Positions 26,487-36,349 of a stretch of DNA of 64,000 nt are shown here, piece by piece. Numbering within the stretch: position 1 is the stretch's first letter; each line of letters starts with the position of its first letter. A program made the translations under genes and the position numbers. Where the stretch lies: contig DASQUK010000244.1 of the NCBI GenBank assembly GCA_035641315.1, positions 45,303-109,302 on the forward strand, given 5' to 3'. The notes beneath the pieces were generated by a model that was not told where the DNA came from, searched no databases, and saw only the letters and a list, made by a program, of their open reading frames with translations. The stretch is from Acidimicrobiales bacterium (GTDB lineage Bacteria > Actinomycetota > Acidimicrobiia > Acidimicrobiales > VFJN01).

Positions 26487-28967
26487 ATGCCTGACGATTC
26501 GACTCCCCTCACACCCTCCACTGACGACAACGGCGCCGAGCGTGGCCGCCTGGCCGTCGAGCCCATCGAGATTCAGGAGGAGATGGAGCGCTCCTTCCTC
26601 GACTACGCCATGTCGGTCATCACGGCGCGCGCGCTGCCCGACGTGCGCGACGGGCTCAAGCCGGTGCACCGGAAGATCCTCTGGGGCATGTACGACATCG
26701 GGGCTCGCCCCGACCGCCTCCACATGAAGTGCGCTCGAGTGACCGGCGATGTCGGTGGCCGCTATCACCCGCACAGTGAGGACGCGATCTACGACGCGCT
26801 GGTACGCATGGCGCAGGACTTCTCATTGCGTCATCCGCTGGTCGACGGCCACGGCAACTTTGGCACGCCCGACTTCGGTCCCGCGGCTCGCCGCTACACC
26901 GAGTGCCGGCTCGATCCGCTGGCCATGGACGTGATGCTCCTCGACATCGACGAGAACACGGTCGACATGGTCGACAACTACTCGGGCGAGTTCCAGGAGC
27001 CCCTCGTGCTGCCGGCCCGGTTCCCCAACCTGCTGGTCAACGGCAGTCAGGGCATCGCGGTGGGCATGGCCACCAACATCCCGCCCCACAACCTGGGCGA
27101 GACCATCGACGCGGTGCTCCACCTGCTCGACCACACCGAGGCCACGCCCGACGACCTGATGCAGTTCGTCACCGGTCCCGATTTCCCCACCGGCGGGCTC
27201 ATCATGGGCCGGTCCGGCATCCTCGACGCCTACCGCACGGGCAAGGGCTCCATCCGCGTCCGGGCACGCACCGAGATCATCGAGGGCACCGGCCGGCAGC
27301 GCGACCGCATCGTGGTCACCGAGATGCCGTACCAGGCGTCGATCTCGGCCACGGCCACCAAGATCAAGGAGCTGGTGGAGACCCGGCAGATCGAGGGGAT
27401 CGCCGACGTCAACGACGAGTCGGCCGGCGGCCAGACCCGCCTGGTCATCGAGCTCAAGAAGGATGCGCCGGCGCTCGTCATCCTGAACAACCTCTACAAG
27501 CACACGCCGCTGCAGACCAACTTCGCGGTCAATACGGTGGCGTTGGTCGACGGCGTGCCCCGCACGCTCAACCTCGTGCAGGTGCTGCAGGCCTACATCG
27601 ACCACCAGGTCGACGTCATCCGCCGCCGCAGCCAGTTCCGGCTCGACAAGGCCCGCCGGCGTGCCCACCTGGTCGAGGGCCTGCTCAAGGCCATCAACGT
27701 CATCGACGAGGTCATCGCTCTCATCCGGGGGTCCGAGGACCGGGCGGCCGCCCGCACCGGGCTCATGACCGAGCCGTTCGAGTTCTCCATCGAGCAGGCC
27801 GAGCACATCCTCGACATGCGTTTGGGCCAGCTCACTCGCCTGGCCCGCATCGACCTCGAGACCGAGGCCGAGAACCTGCGGGCGACGATCGCCGAGCTCG
27901 AGGCGATCCTCGGCGACGACGCCAAGCTGCGTTCGGTGATCCGCGACGAGCTGGCCGCGGTGAAGCAGCGGTTCGCCACGCCTCGGCGTTCGGAGATCAC
28001 GTTCGACGTCGGCGACATCGACATCGAGGACCTCATCGACGACGAGGAGCTGGTGGTCACGATGTCGTCACGCGGCTACGTGAAGACCGTGGCGGCCGAC
28101 ACGTTCCGGGCGCAGGGCCGCGGCGGCCGCGGCGTGGCCGGCGCCAGCCTGCGTGACGACGACTACGTGAGCCACATCCTCACCACGACCGCACACGCGT
28201 ATCTGCTGTTCTTCTCCAACCGGGGGCGGGTCTACCGGCTCAAGGCCCACGAGATCCCGCGCAAGGACCGCACGGCGCGGGGCACGGCCATCGTCAACCT
28301 GCTGCCGCTCCAACCCGGCGAGCACATCCAGGCCGTCATCGACACGCGGGACTACGAGACCAACCGGTTCCTGTTCTTCGCCACCAAGCAGGGCCAGGTC
28401 AAGAAGACCAAGTTCAACGAGTACGACTCCTCGCTGCGCAGCGGCCTGATCGCCATCAGCCTGCGCGACGGCGACGAGCTGGTGAAGGTGATCCCGACCA
28501 ACGGGGGCGACGACATCTTCATGGTCGCCCGGTCGGGCATGACGATCCGATTCGGCGAGGATGATGTGCGGGCCATGGGCCGCGTGGCGGCCGGCGTACG
28601 GGGCATGAAGCTACGGACCGGCGACGAGCTGGTGTCGTGCGACGTGGCCCGCGACGACGTGTCGCTGCTCATCGTCACCGACGCCGGCTACGGCAAGCGC
28701 ACCCAGCTCGACAAGTTCAACGCCCAGGGCCGCGGTGGCCAGGGCGTGCGGGGCATCAAGCTGACCGCCAAGAAGGGCTTCGTCGTCGCCGCCTTCATGG
28801 TGGGCATCGACGACGAGATCTTCGTGATCTCCTCGGCCGGCACGATCATCCGCACCGCGGTGCGTGACGTGTCGTCGCAGGGGCGCGACGCCACCGGTGT
28901 CCGGGTGATGAACCTCGACGCCGGCCAGAGCGTGGCCGCGGTGGCCCCGGTGCTGGGCGCCGACTGA
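26487..28967 (+). CDS. gyrA: DNA gyrase subunit A
   Basis: [11 protein letters not shown], the active-site region [10 protein letters not shown] (catalytic Tyr in RYTE), and C-terminal beta-pinwheel repeats. Confidence 0.95.
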   Translation: MPDDSTPLTPSTDDNGAERGRLAVEPIEIQEEMERSFLDYAMSVITARALPDVRDGLKPVHRKILWGMYDIGARPDRLHMKCARVTGDVGGRYHPHSEDAIYDALVRMAQDFSLRHPLVDGHGNFGTPDFGPAARRYTECRLDPLAMDVMLLDIDENTVDMVDNYSGEFQEPLVLPARFPNLLVNGSQGIAVGMATNIPPHNLGETIDAVLHLLDHTEATPDDLMQFVTGPDFPTGGLIMGRSGILDAYRTGKGSIRVRARTEIIEGTGRQRDRIVVTEMPYQASISATATKIKELVETRQIEGIADVNDESAGGQTRLVIELKKDAPALVILNNLYKHTPLQTNFAVNTVALVDGVPRTLNLVQVLQAYIDHQVDVIRRRSQFRLDKARRRAHLVEGLLKAINVIDEVIALIRGSEDRAAARTGLMTEPFEFSIEQAEHILDMRLGQLTRLARIDLETEAENLRATIAELEAILGDDAKLRSVIRDELAAVKQRFATPRRSEITFDVGDIDIEDLIDDEELVVTMSSRGYVKTVAADTFRAQGRGGRGVAGASLRDDDYVSHILTTTAHAYLLFFSNRGRVYRLKAHEIPRKDRTARGTAIVNLLPLQPGEHIQAVIDTRDYETNRFLFFATKQGQVKKTKFNEYDSSLRSGLIAISLRDGDELVKVIPTNGGDDIFMVARSGMTIRFGEDDVRAMGRVAAGVRGMKLRTGDELVSCDVARDDVSLLIVTDAGYGKRTQLDKFNAQGRGGQGVRGIKLTAKKGFVVAAFMVGIDDEIFVISSAGTIIRTAVRDVSSQGRDATGVRVMNLDAGQSVAAVAPVLGAD

Positions 28968-29103
28968 GCTTCGGGCTCGCAGGTTGCGGCGCCCGGCGCC
29001 GCCGATTCCCGTTGATCGTGTCCGTTCTGACGCTCGGCGCCCGCACTTCCTCTCGCTGACTTCCCCCTCACGACGGTGACGACGGCGCGCTCCTTGGGGC
29101 GCC

Positions 29104-29895
29104 GTGCCGGGGGAGGTGCTCGAGGTGTCCAATGGCCGGGAAGAGCCCAGAAGCGGCGTTCGGAGCAGGCGATGGCGGGCCCGCGACGACGATCGGGGGC
29201 AGGTCGCCCCCTTGGCCGCCGCGATGGTGGCTCTCTGCAGTGTCGCCCTGTTGGCGCTGGTGCCGGTGGCGGGTGCCCTCGACGACCGGGCCCGGGCGCG
29301 CACGGCGGCCGACGCCGCGGCGCTGGCCGGTGCCGCCGATGGTGAGCAGGCGGCGCGCCAGGTGGCGAGCGCCAACGGTGCCGACCTGCTGGAGATGGAG
29401 CGGGACGGCGACGACGTCGTGGTGCAGGTGCGGGTGGGGGAGGTGGAGGCCTACGCCAAGGCTCGCGCCACCCACCGGGCCGGACCCGGCGGGGCCGACG
29501 CGCTGTCCGGCGCGGGGCCTCCTCTCACGACCGTGCGCAGCATCACGGTCCACTCCGGCATCGCCGGCAAGGTCGAGGCCCTCGTGGCTGCCGCCGCGGC
29601 CGACGGCGTCACGCTGAGCGGCACCGGGTATCGCAGCAGCCGCCAGCAGATCGAGCTGCGGCGCGCCCACTGCGGCACGACCCGGTACGCGATCTACGAG
29701 GCTCCGCCGTCGTCGTGCTCACCCCCCACCGCCCGCCCTGGCACGTCGATGCACGAGCGCGGGCTCGCCATCGACTTCGACAGGTGCGCGAGCCGCTCGA
29801 GCGCCTGCTGGCGGTGGCTGAGCGCCCACGCTGGCGACTTCGGTTTCTACAATCTGCCCAGCGAGCCATGGCATTGGTCGACCAATGGGATGTGA
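29104..29895 (+). CDS. Fusion protein: TadE-like (Rv3654c-family) N-terminal domain plus M15/VanY-type D-Ala-D-Ala carboxypeptidase domain
   Basis: N-terminal part: TM segment APLAAAMVALCSVALLALVPVAG, then RARARTAADAAALAGAADG...ANGADLLEMERDGDDVVVQVRV. C-terminal part: GYRSSRQQIEL, PGTSMHERGLAIDF and EPWHWS, the Zn ligands of peptidase M15. Confidence 0.6.
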   Translation: MPGEVLEVSNGREEPRSGVRSRRWRARDDDRGQVAPLAAAMVALCSVALLALVPVAGALDDRARARTAADAAALAGAADGEQAARQVASANGADLLEMERDGDDVVVQVRVGEVEAYAKARATHRAGPGGADALSGAGPPLTTVRSITVHSGIAGKVEALVAAAAADGVTLSGTGYRSSRQQIELRRAHCGTTRYAIYEAPPSSCSPPTARPGTSMHERGLAIDFDRCASRSSACWRWLSAHAGDFGFYNLPSEPWHWSTNGM

Positions 29896-29996
29896 TGCCG
29901 GCGGCGACGACCAGGGACGAAGCGTTCGGCGTGTGCCGAAGGCCCAGGTGAAGCCGCGCTTATACAGCGCGACGGTGGTGCCGTAGACTCCCCGCG

Positions 29997-31169
29997 ATGC
30001 CGGTTGACCCGTCCGGAGTGAATACCGACGATCAGGGCCAAGGCGGCGTCGGTGGGGAGCACAGACCCGACGACGCGCCCAGCGCCGACCGCGCACCCGT
30101 CGCCGACGCTCGGGCCGGCCTCCCTCCGGTAGGCGGCGCCCGTCTCGGTGGGAACGGCTCCAACAACGGGTACATCGGCCTTCCTGAGGTCAGAGCGAGC
30201 GACGGTCCCCCCCGGGCCGCGCCGCTCGACGACGACGTGGCGGCCGCCGAGCGGCTCGAAGCGGTCGCTTCCCGTAGCGACGGGTCCAGTGCCGCCGCCG
30301 AGTCGCCGTCGGCCCGGTCGACGGCGCCGACCGGGCGGTCCGCCACGCACGCTGCACCGACGCTGCCGGCACAGGGCACTCTCACCGAGCCGCGGCCGAC
30401 GATCGAGCCGGCGCTCGACCCCGGCGGCGACGGCGCGGCCGGCGACGGCGAGGGAGCCGAGGAGGCGGGCGGCACCCGCATCACCGGTGGGCGTGCGGCG
30501 CTGCGCGACCGGCCTCGCCGGGCGGGCAAGCGGAAGGCGCGGCGGGGCCTGCGGGTTCGCCAGCGCCTGTGGTCGATCGATCCCTGGTCCGTGTTCAAGC
30601 TATCGACGCTGTTCTACATCTGCCTGTGCGGGATCCTCCTCGTGGCGGGCACCCTGCTGTGGAACGTCGGTCGGTCGGTGGGCACGATCGATGACATCGA
30701 GAGCTTCGTCACCCGCATGGGCGCGTATGGCACGTGCACGCTCAAGGCGGAGGTGCCTGCAGGAACGCCGTTCGAGGAAGACGACGACTGCGCCGAGGGC
30801 GAGGTGCTGGTCGGCGGCTACAAGTTCGATGACGGCACGATGTTCCGGATGGCAGCGATCGGCGGCGGCATCCTGGTGGTGGCCGGGTCGATCGGCAACG
30901 TGCTCATGGTGGTGCTGGTCAACCTGCTCAACGAGCTGACCGGCGGCCTGCGCTACACGATCGTGAAGGAACCGATCCCACGACCAGCGGGTGGGCGCAA
31001 GCGCGGCCTCCGCCCCGCCGCGCCGCGGGCCGCGGCCGGGCGTCCCGACGGGCCCCGCCACGCCACGCGCCGGCCGGACGGGCCGCGCCCGGACGGTCCG
31101 GCAGAGGGTGCGGCACCCGTCCGGGTGCCGGACGTAGAAGGTTCGACCGATACGCGGATGCAGCGCTAG
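29997..31169 (+). CDS. DUF3566-like transmembrane protein (Rv0007 position)
   Basis: Disordered N-terminal half. Conserved core IDPWSVFKLSTLFYICLCGILLVAGTLLWN ... VLMVVLVNLLNELTGGLRYTI. Lies between gyrA and tRNA-Ile, as in mycobacteria. Confidence 0.75.
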   Translation: MPVDPSGVNTDDQGQGGVGGEHRPDDAPSADRAPVADARAGLPPVGGARLGGNGSNNGYIGLPEVRASDGPPRAAPLDDDVAAAERLEAVASRSDGSSAAAESPSARSTAPTGRSATHAAPTLPAQGTLTEPRPTIEPALDPGGDGAAGDGEGAEEAGGTRITGGRAALRDRPRRAGKRKARRGLRVRQRLWSIDPWSVFKLSTLFYICLCGILLVAGTLLWNVGRSVGTIDDIESFVTRMGAYGTCTLKAEVPAGTPFEEDDDCAEGEVLVGGYKFDDGTMFRMAAIGGGILVVAGSIGNVLMVVLVNLLNELTGGLRYTIVKEPIPRPAGGRKRGLRPAAPRAAAGRPDGPRHATRRPDGPRPDGPAEGAAPVRVPDVEGSTDTRMQR

Positions 31170-31187
31170 CCTGGTGCGCTCGCACGC

Positions 31188-31261
<74 letters not shown>

Positions 31262-31283
31262 CGGCGCGCTTAAGGTGCGATCC

Positions 31284-31421
31284 ATGGCTCTCCTCCGACG
31301 TGCGCTTGCCGCCGTGGGCATCGCCGGGATCATCGCCGGGGTGCTGCGGCTCCGGGCTTCCGGTGGCACCCCGCCCCAGTCCGGCGGGTGGCGCGAGCTG
31401 AGCGGGCCCGGGCTGCGGTAG
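31284..31421 (+). CDS. Possible small membrane protein (45 aa)
   Basis: Below the ORF-track cutoff. ATG 31284: MALLRRALAAVGIAGIIAGVLRLRASGGTPPQSGGWRELSGPGLR, one hydrophobic helix then a short polar tail. Confidence 0.3.
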   Translation: MALLRRALAAVGIAGIIAGVLRLRASGGTPPQSGGWRELSGPGLR

Positions 31422-31441
31422 CCAGCTCCCGGGCGACGAGC

Positions 31442-32419
31442 GTGCGGATCCTGGTTTGCGGCGCCGGGGCGGTGGGTGCCCGCGCCGCCCGCCATCTGAT
31501 CGCCGAGGCCGACACCAAGGCTGTACTGATCGCCGACGCGGACCGCAAGCGGCGTGCCGCGGTGGTCGCGTCGCTCGGGTCACGGGCCACGGCGATCGAC
31601 GAGTTCGAGCCGGCAGCCGCCGACGTGATCGTCATCGCCGCTCCGGCCGCCCGTCACGTCGAGGTCGCCAAGAGGGCGGTGGCGGCGGGTAAGCACGTCG
31701 TCTCGGTGGCCGACAGCGTGGCCGCAGTCGAGGGGCTGCTCGACCTCCATGCCGAGGCCCGGGAGCGGGGCGTCGTGGTGGCGGTGGGGGCGGGGTTCGG
31801 CCCCGGCCTGTCGTGCGTGCTGGCACGCCACGCCAGCGACGACTTCGACCACGTCGACGAGGTCCACGTCGCACACCACGGCACCGGGGGCCCCGCCTGT
31901 GCCCGCCAGCACCACGCCGCGCTGCGGGGCGTGGGGCTCGACTGGCGTGACCACGGCTGGCGCCGCCGGCCGCCCGGCTCCGGACGGGAGCTGTCGTTCT
32001 TCCCCGACCCGATCGGGGGCGCCGACTGCTACCGCGCCGGGCTGCCCGATGCGCTGCTGCTGGTGCCGGCGTTCCCGGGCGTGGCCCGGGTGACGGCGCG
32101 CCTGGCGGCCACCCGCAGAGATCGCCTGACGGCGGGACTGCCGATGCTCCGGCGCCCACACGCCGAGGGGCGGATCGGCGGCCTGCGGGTCGAGGTGCGG
32201 GGCCGGCGCGGCCGCGTGCGGGACGCCGTGGTGCTCGGTGCGGTCGACCGCCCGGCTGTGGCGGCAGGAACGGTGGCGGGCGTGACCGCTCGATGGATCG
32301 CCGCCGGACGCATGCTGACCACCGGGGCCGCGGGCCTGGCGTCGCTGGTGGAACCGCTGCCGTTCCTGCAGGAGCTGTCGCGCGCCGGAGTGCGGGCGGC
32401 CGTGTTCGAGGGGTCGTGA
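31442..32419 (+). CDS. Saccharopine dehydrogenase-like NAD(P)-binding protein
   Basis: Rossmann start VRILVCGAGAVGARAARHL at GTG 31442 (ORF opens at 31388). HVVSVAD...VVAVGAGFGPGLSCVLA is typical of the Sacchrp_dh_NADP family. Confidence 0.7.
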   Translation: MRILVCGAGAVGARAARHLIAEADTKAVLIADADRKRRAAVVASLGSRATAIDEFEPAAADVIVIAAPAARHVEVAKRAVAAGKHVVSVADSVAAVEGLLDLHAEARERGVVVAVGAGFGPGLSCVLARHASDDFDHVDEVHVAHHGTGGPACARQHHAALRGVGLDWRDHGWRRRPPGSGRELSFFPDPIGGADCYRAGLPDALLLVPAFPGVARVTARLAATRRDRLTAGLPMLRRPHAEGRIGGLRVEVRGRRGRVRDAVVLGAVDRPAVAAGTVAGVTARWIAAGRMLTTGAAGLASLVEPLPFLQELSRAGVRAAVFEGS

Positions 32420-32462
32420 GCCGCGGGTTCCGGCGCGGGCACGCACGGTAGGGTCGCCCGCC

Positions 32463-33131
32463 GTGCGCCGCCGCCTCGTCGTCCTGGTCGGAGTCGTGGC
32501 CGCGCTCGTGATCGGCGCGGCGGCCTGCGGGGGTGACGACAACTCCGGGGACGGTGCGGACGATGCGCCGACCGCGGACAACGGCCACGGCGGCGCCAAC
32601 GGCTCCGGCGACGCCGGCGGGCAGATCGAGGCCCGGACCGTGAGCGGTGGCGACCTCCTGGGGCCGGCCGACGAGGGCATCGAGGGCGTCGAGGCGTTCC
32701 GGGTCGACAGCCGGACCCACACGGAGGAGCCGCTGGCCTACGACCCGGCGCCGCCCGTGGGGGGCGAGCACCATCCCGTGCCCGCTATCTGTGGGTTCTA
32801 CGCCGACGATCCGCCACCCGACTCCATGCTGGTGCACGACCTCGAGCACGGCGCCATATGGATCGCCTACGACCCCGGCATGGATGCCGCCGAGCTCGCG
32901 ACGATCCGTGACCTGGTGGCGCAGCAAGCCAAGGTCACGGCGACGCCGTACCCCGGGCTCGACACGCCGTTGGTCGTGTCGGCCTGGGCCCGGCAGCTCC
33001 GGCTAGACGACCCCGGCGATCCCCGGCTGGTGGCGTTCGTCGAGCAGTACCGCAACGGGCCCGAGGCACCCGAGCCCTGGGCCTCGTGCCAGGGCGCCGG
33101 CGATCCGGAGATGGTGTCGCCGGCCGGGTAA
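32463..33131 (+). CDS. DUF3105-like lipoprotein
   Basis: Lipobox (VIGAAACGGDD). Conserved LVHDLEHGAIWIAYDP ... TPYPGLDTPLVVSAWARQL. Confidence 0.75.
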   Translation: MRRRLVVLVGVVAALVIGAAACGGDDNSGDGADDAPTADNGHGGANGSGDAGGQIEARTVSGGDLLGPADEGIEGVEAFRVDSRTHTEEPLAYDPAPPVGGEHHPVPAICGFYADDPPPDSMLVHDLEHGAIWIAYDPGMDAAELATIRDLVAQQAKVTATPYPGLDTPLVVSAWARQLRLDDPGDPRLVAFVEQYRNGPEAPEPWASCQGAGDPEMVSPAG

Positions 33132-33154
33132 CTCCAGCCCGGCCCACGCCCCAG

Positions 33155-33204
33155 CGTTCTGTCACTGCTCACGCGCGATGTGGCGACTGACGTCCGACAG
33201 AACG
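33155..33204. terminator. Stem-loop (cgttctgtc / gacagaacg, 9 bp) between convergent genes
   Basis: Read directly. The loop is long (32 nt), so function is uncertain. Confidence 0.3.
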
Positions 33205-33205
33205 G

Positions 33206-33949
33206 CTAGACGCGCACTGTCGTCCGCCAGCGCTCCAGCAACATTGCGTCGCCGAACACGTCGCAGCGCTCGGCCGGCACGCGGTTGTACAGCAACAGCA
33301 GCAGGTCAGACGCCGTGCCGCGCACGGCCACGTCGCCCTTGGCGTGGACATGCTCCACCGCCAGTCCCTCGGGACCGATGGTGACCAGCCACTCGCCCTG
33401 GCCAGCCTCGTCGCTTGGGACGTCGGTGGCATGCAGGTGCATCGTCCGGCCGGCGGCCTCGTCGGCCAACTCCTGCGCTCCCCGCCACGGCACGATCACT
33501 GCGAACAGCTCGTCCACGCCGTCCAGCGCCAGGTCGGTGCCAACTGGCCGGGCATCACCGACCGCGGTCTCGGCGTCCCAGCGGTGCACGGCGGTCTCTA
33601 CGGCCATGCGCCGGGGCCAGAAGATCGCCGGCTGGTCCCCGGCCCACGTCGCCACCGTGGCGCCCGGCTCGGGCTCGCCCGCCTTGTCGAGGGCGGCGAG
33701 CAGCTCGTCCAGGCCGGCCCGGGCCCAGTCGACGACGACCGCGCCCTCAGGCGCCCGGGGCAGCTCGCGGGACCCGTCGCCCGCCACCCAGCTCGCCGTC
33801 CTGCGGTAGACCCGGCCGACGTGGCCGACCAGGCGTTCCAGCGTCCAGCCCGGGCACGTGGGAACGTCGGCATCGAGGTGGCCCGAGGCGGCGGTGAGCA
33901 GGTCGTCGGCGTCGCCGCGGAGCGAGTCGAGGTACGAAGCACGGTCCAT
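33206..33949 (-). CDS. DinB-fold, mycothiol-dependent maleylpyruvate-isomerase-family protein
   Basis: MDRASYLDSLRGDADDLL...VPTCPGWTLERLVGHVG is the N-terminal metal-binding domain pattern of this family. Start set at ATG 33949. Confidence 0.75.
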   Translation of the reverse strand: MDRASYLDSLRGDADDLLTAASGHLDADVPTCPGWTLERLVGHVGRVYRRTASWVAGDGSRELPRAPEGAVVVDWARAGLDELLAALDKAGEPEPGATVATWAGDQPAIFWPRRMAVETAVHRWDAETAVGDARPVGTDLALDGVDELFAVIVPWRGAQELADEAAGRTMHLHATDVPSDEAGQGEWLVTIGPEGLAVEHVHAKGDVAVRGTASDLLLLLYNRVPAERCDVFGDAMLLERWRTTVRV

Positions 33950-33978
33950 CCACCCATCTTGGGCCAGAATCACGCCCG

Positions 33979-34953
33979 GTGATCATCGATAGCGCGGTCT
34001 ACAGCAAGGGCGTCCGGCGACCCGGTCCGCTGGACCTGACCGACGCGCTCGAGGCGGGCCGCAGCAACGACGAGAGCTTCGTCTGGATCGGCCTCTTCCA
34101 GCCGACCGAGGACGAGTTCGATGCGGTCGCCCGCGAGTTCGAGCTCCATCCCTTGGCGGTGGAAGACGCCGTCCACGCCCACCAACGCCCCAAGCTCGAG
34201 CGCTACGGCAACTGCGTGTTCTTCGTGCTCAAGACTGCCCGTTACGACGACGCCGCCGAGGCGATCCAGTTCTCGGAGATCCAGCTGTTCGCCGGCGAGG
34301 GCTTCATCGTCACCGTGCGTCACGGCGAGGCCAGTCCCCTGAAGTCCGTGCGGCAAGCGCTCGAGGCCGACCCCGAGCGCCTGGCGCTCGGCCCCGTCGC
34401 CGTGGTCCACGCCATCGTCGACCGGGTCGTCGACGACTACTCGCCGGTGCTCGACGGCCTCGACAACGACATCGCCGAGATCGAGGCCGAGGTGTTCTCC
34501 CCCGACCGCACCAACCCGGCCGTGCGCATCTACAAGCTGAAGCGCCAGGTCCTCGACCTGTACCGCAACATCGAGCCGGTGCTCGAGCCGTTGGAGCTGC
34601 TGCAGGCGAGCAAGTACGCCATCGGCCGGGCCGACCTCGCCCACTACTTCCGGGACGTCAACGACCACGTGCGCCGGGCGGTGTCCCGCATCGAGATCCA
34701 GCGGGAGCTGCTTTCGGAGGTGCTCGACGTCAACCTGGCGCACATCTCGGTGCAGCAGAACGACGACATGCGCACGATCGCCGGCTGGGCGGCCATGGCG
34801 GCGGTGCCCACGATGCTGGCCGGCATCTGGGGCATGAACTTCGAGCACATGCCCGAGCTCGACGAGTGGTGGGGCTATCCCCTGGCGTTGGGCCTGATGG
34901 CCGTCGGCTTGGCGGTGCTCTATCGCACGCTTCACGGACGCGGTTGGATTTAG
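33979..34953 (+). CDS. corA: Magnesium/cobalt transporter CorA
   Basis: C-terminal GIWGMNFEHMPEL (GMN motif) with two TM helices. Typical CorA cytoplasmic domain. Confidence 0.9.
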   Translation: MIIDSAVYSKGVRRPGPLDLTDALEAGRSNDESFVWIGLFQPTEDEFDAVAREFELHPLAVEDAVHAHQRPKLERYGNCVFFVLKTARYDDAAEAIQFSEIQLFAGEGFIVTVRHGEASPLKSVRQALEADPERLALGPVAVVHAIVDRVVDDYSPVLDGLDNDIAEIEAEVFSPDRTNPAVRIYKLKRQVLDLYRNIEPVLEPLELLQASKYAIGRADLAHYFRDVNDHVRRAVSRIEIQRELLSEVLDVNLAHISVQQNDDMRTIAGWAAMAAVPTMLAGIWGMNFEHMPELDEWWGYPLALGLMAVGLAVLYRTLHGRGWI

Positions 34954-35113
34954 TGCCGTGACCGCAAACGTTTGCGCCCGCCACGCCGGCCAGGATCGCC
35001 GCTCGCGGCGTCCTCCTCCTCACCTGGGGGCCTACCCAGGCTTCGTCGTCGTCCTTGCGAGCGACGATCCTGACTCGCCGTGGACGGGCGAACGTTCACG
35101 GTCACGGCACTAG
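34951..35113. repeat. 163-bp element bounded by ~28-bp imperfect inverted repeats (MITE-like or long terminator hairpin)
   Basis: Left TAGTGCCGTGACCGCAAACGTTTGCGCC (34951-34978). Right GGCGAACGTTCACGGTCACGGCACTA (35088-35113). The first 14 nt of the arms are identical. Internal hairpin cctggg..cccagg. The left terminus supplies the corA TAG stop. Confidence 0.55.
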
Positions 35114-35117
35114 GTCG

Positions 35118-35891
35118 TCACCGCAGGAGCGCGAGCAGCTCGTCATGGACCCGGCCGTTGGTGGCCACGCCGCTGCCGCCGCCGGCGTCCTCGCGGCCGT
35201 CGATGGTGGTGAACCGGCCGCCGGCCTCGGCGAGGATCACCGGCATGGCCGCCACGTCGTAGAGCTCCACGTCGGGATCGACCATGGCGTCGGCCCGGCC
35301 GGTCGCCACCAGCGCGTAGCCGTAGCCGTCCCCCCAGGTGCGCAGGTGGCAGCCGGCGTGCTTGACCGCCAGCAGCGCCCGGTCGGGCCAGTGGCTGTAG
35401 CTGCTGCTCATGAGGTATGCGCGGTCGAGCGCAGGCGTGTCACTGACCCGGGCGGGGCGGCCGTCGCTCCAGCAGCCGAGGCCCCGGCCGGCGTACACCA
35501 CCTGGCCGAGCGCCGGCAGCCCGATGACCCCGATGGCGGGGCCGTGGGCGTCGTGCAGTGCCAGTAGCGTCGAGTACAGCGGAACGCCGCGGGTGAACGC
35601 CTTGGTGCCGTCGATGGGGTCGACGATCCAGCGCCGGCCCGAGCGACCCACGGTCTCGGGCTCCTCCTCTCCGAAGACGCCGTCGTCTCGGAAGCGGGCC
35701 GCGATCCGGTCCCGCACCAGGCGCTCCGCCGCCCGATCGGCGGCGGTCACGGGTGTGCCGTCGGCCTTGCTGTCGACTGCGAGGTCGGGCGACCGGAACC
35801 ACCGCAGCGTCACCTCGCCTGCCGCCCGGCCGACGTCGACCGCGAAGTCGAGCAGCGCACGCTCGACGGGCGGCGGCGCGGCACCGGGCAT
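35118..35891 (-). CDS. Inositol monophosphatase family protein (possible histidinol-phosphatase HisN type)
   Basis: EEEPE, WIVDPIDGTKAF and WGDGYGYALVATGRAD motifs. ATG 35891 overlaps the fabZ stop. Confidence 0.8.
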   Translation of the reverse strand: MPGAAPPPVERALLDFAVDVGRAAGEVTLRWFRSPDLAVDSKADGTPVTAADRAAERLVRDRIAARFRDDGVFGEEEPETVGRSGRRWIVDPIDGTKAFTRGVPLYSTLLALHDAHGPAIGVIGLPALGQVVYAGRGLGCWSDGRPARVSDTPALDRAYLMSSSYSHWPDRALLAVKHAGCHLRTWGDGYGYALVATGRADAMVDPDVELYDVAAMPVILAEAGGRFTTIDGREDAGGGSGVATNGRVHDELLALLR

Positions 35892-36349
35892 CAGCCCGAT
35901 CCCGTGCCGCCGGTGCCGTTGGCGCCCGGCGCCGGGGCCAGCACGAAGAACAGCCGGGCCTGGCACGCCACCTTGCCCTGGACCGTGGCGCGACCCTGGC
36001 CCCAGCCTCCCCGGCCGGAGAGCCGGTCCATGGTCACCTCGAGCACCAGCTCGTCGCCGGGCCGGACCTGGCGACGCCAACGCACGTCCTCCACGCCGCC
36101 GAACAACGGCAGTGAGCCCGCGTAGCGCTGGTCGGACAGCAGCGCCACGGCGCCGGCCTGGGCCAGCGCTTCCAGCTGGATCACCCCCGGGAGGACGGGG
36201 TTGCCGGGGAAGTGCCCCGCGAGGAACGCCTCGGCGCCCGTGACCCGGTACCGGGCCCGCACCCGCTCGCCGGGCACCAGCTCGTCGACCACGTCCACGA
36301 ACCGGAAAGGCGGCCGGTGGGGGAGCAGCTCGACGGGGTCAGTGGTCAT
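35891..36349 (-). CDS. fabZ: 3-hydroxyacyl-ACP dehydratase FabZ
   Basis: LLPHRPPFRFVD...FLAGHFPGNPVLPGVIQLEALAQ hot-dog fold signature. Start at ATG 36349. Confidence 0.85.
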   Translation of the reverse strand: MTTDPVELLPHRPPFRFVDVVDELVPGERVRARYRVTGAEAFLAGHFPGNPVLPGVIQLEALAQAGAVALLSDQRYAGSLPLFGGVEDVRWRRQVRPGDELVLEVTMDRLSGRGGWGQGRATVQGKVACQARLFFVLAPAPGANGTGGTGSG

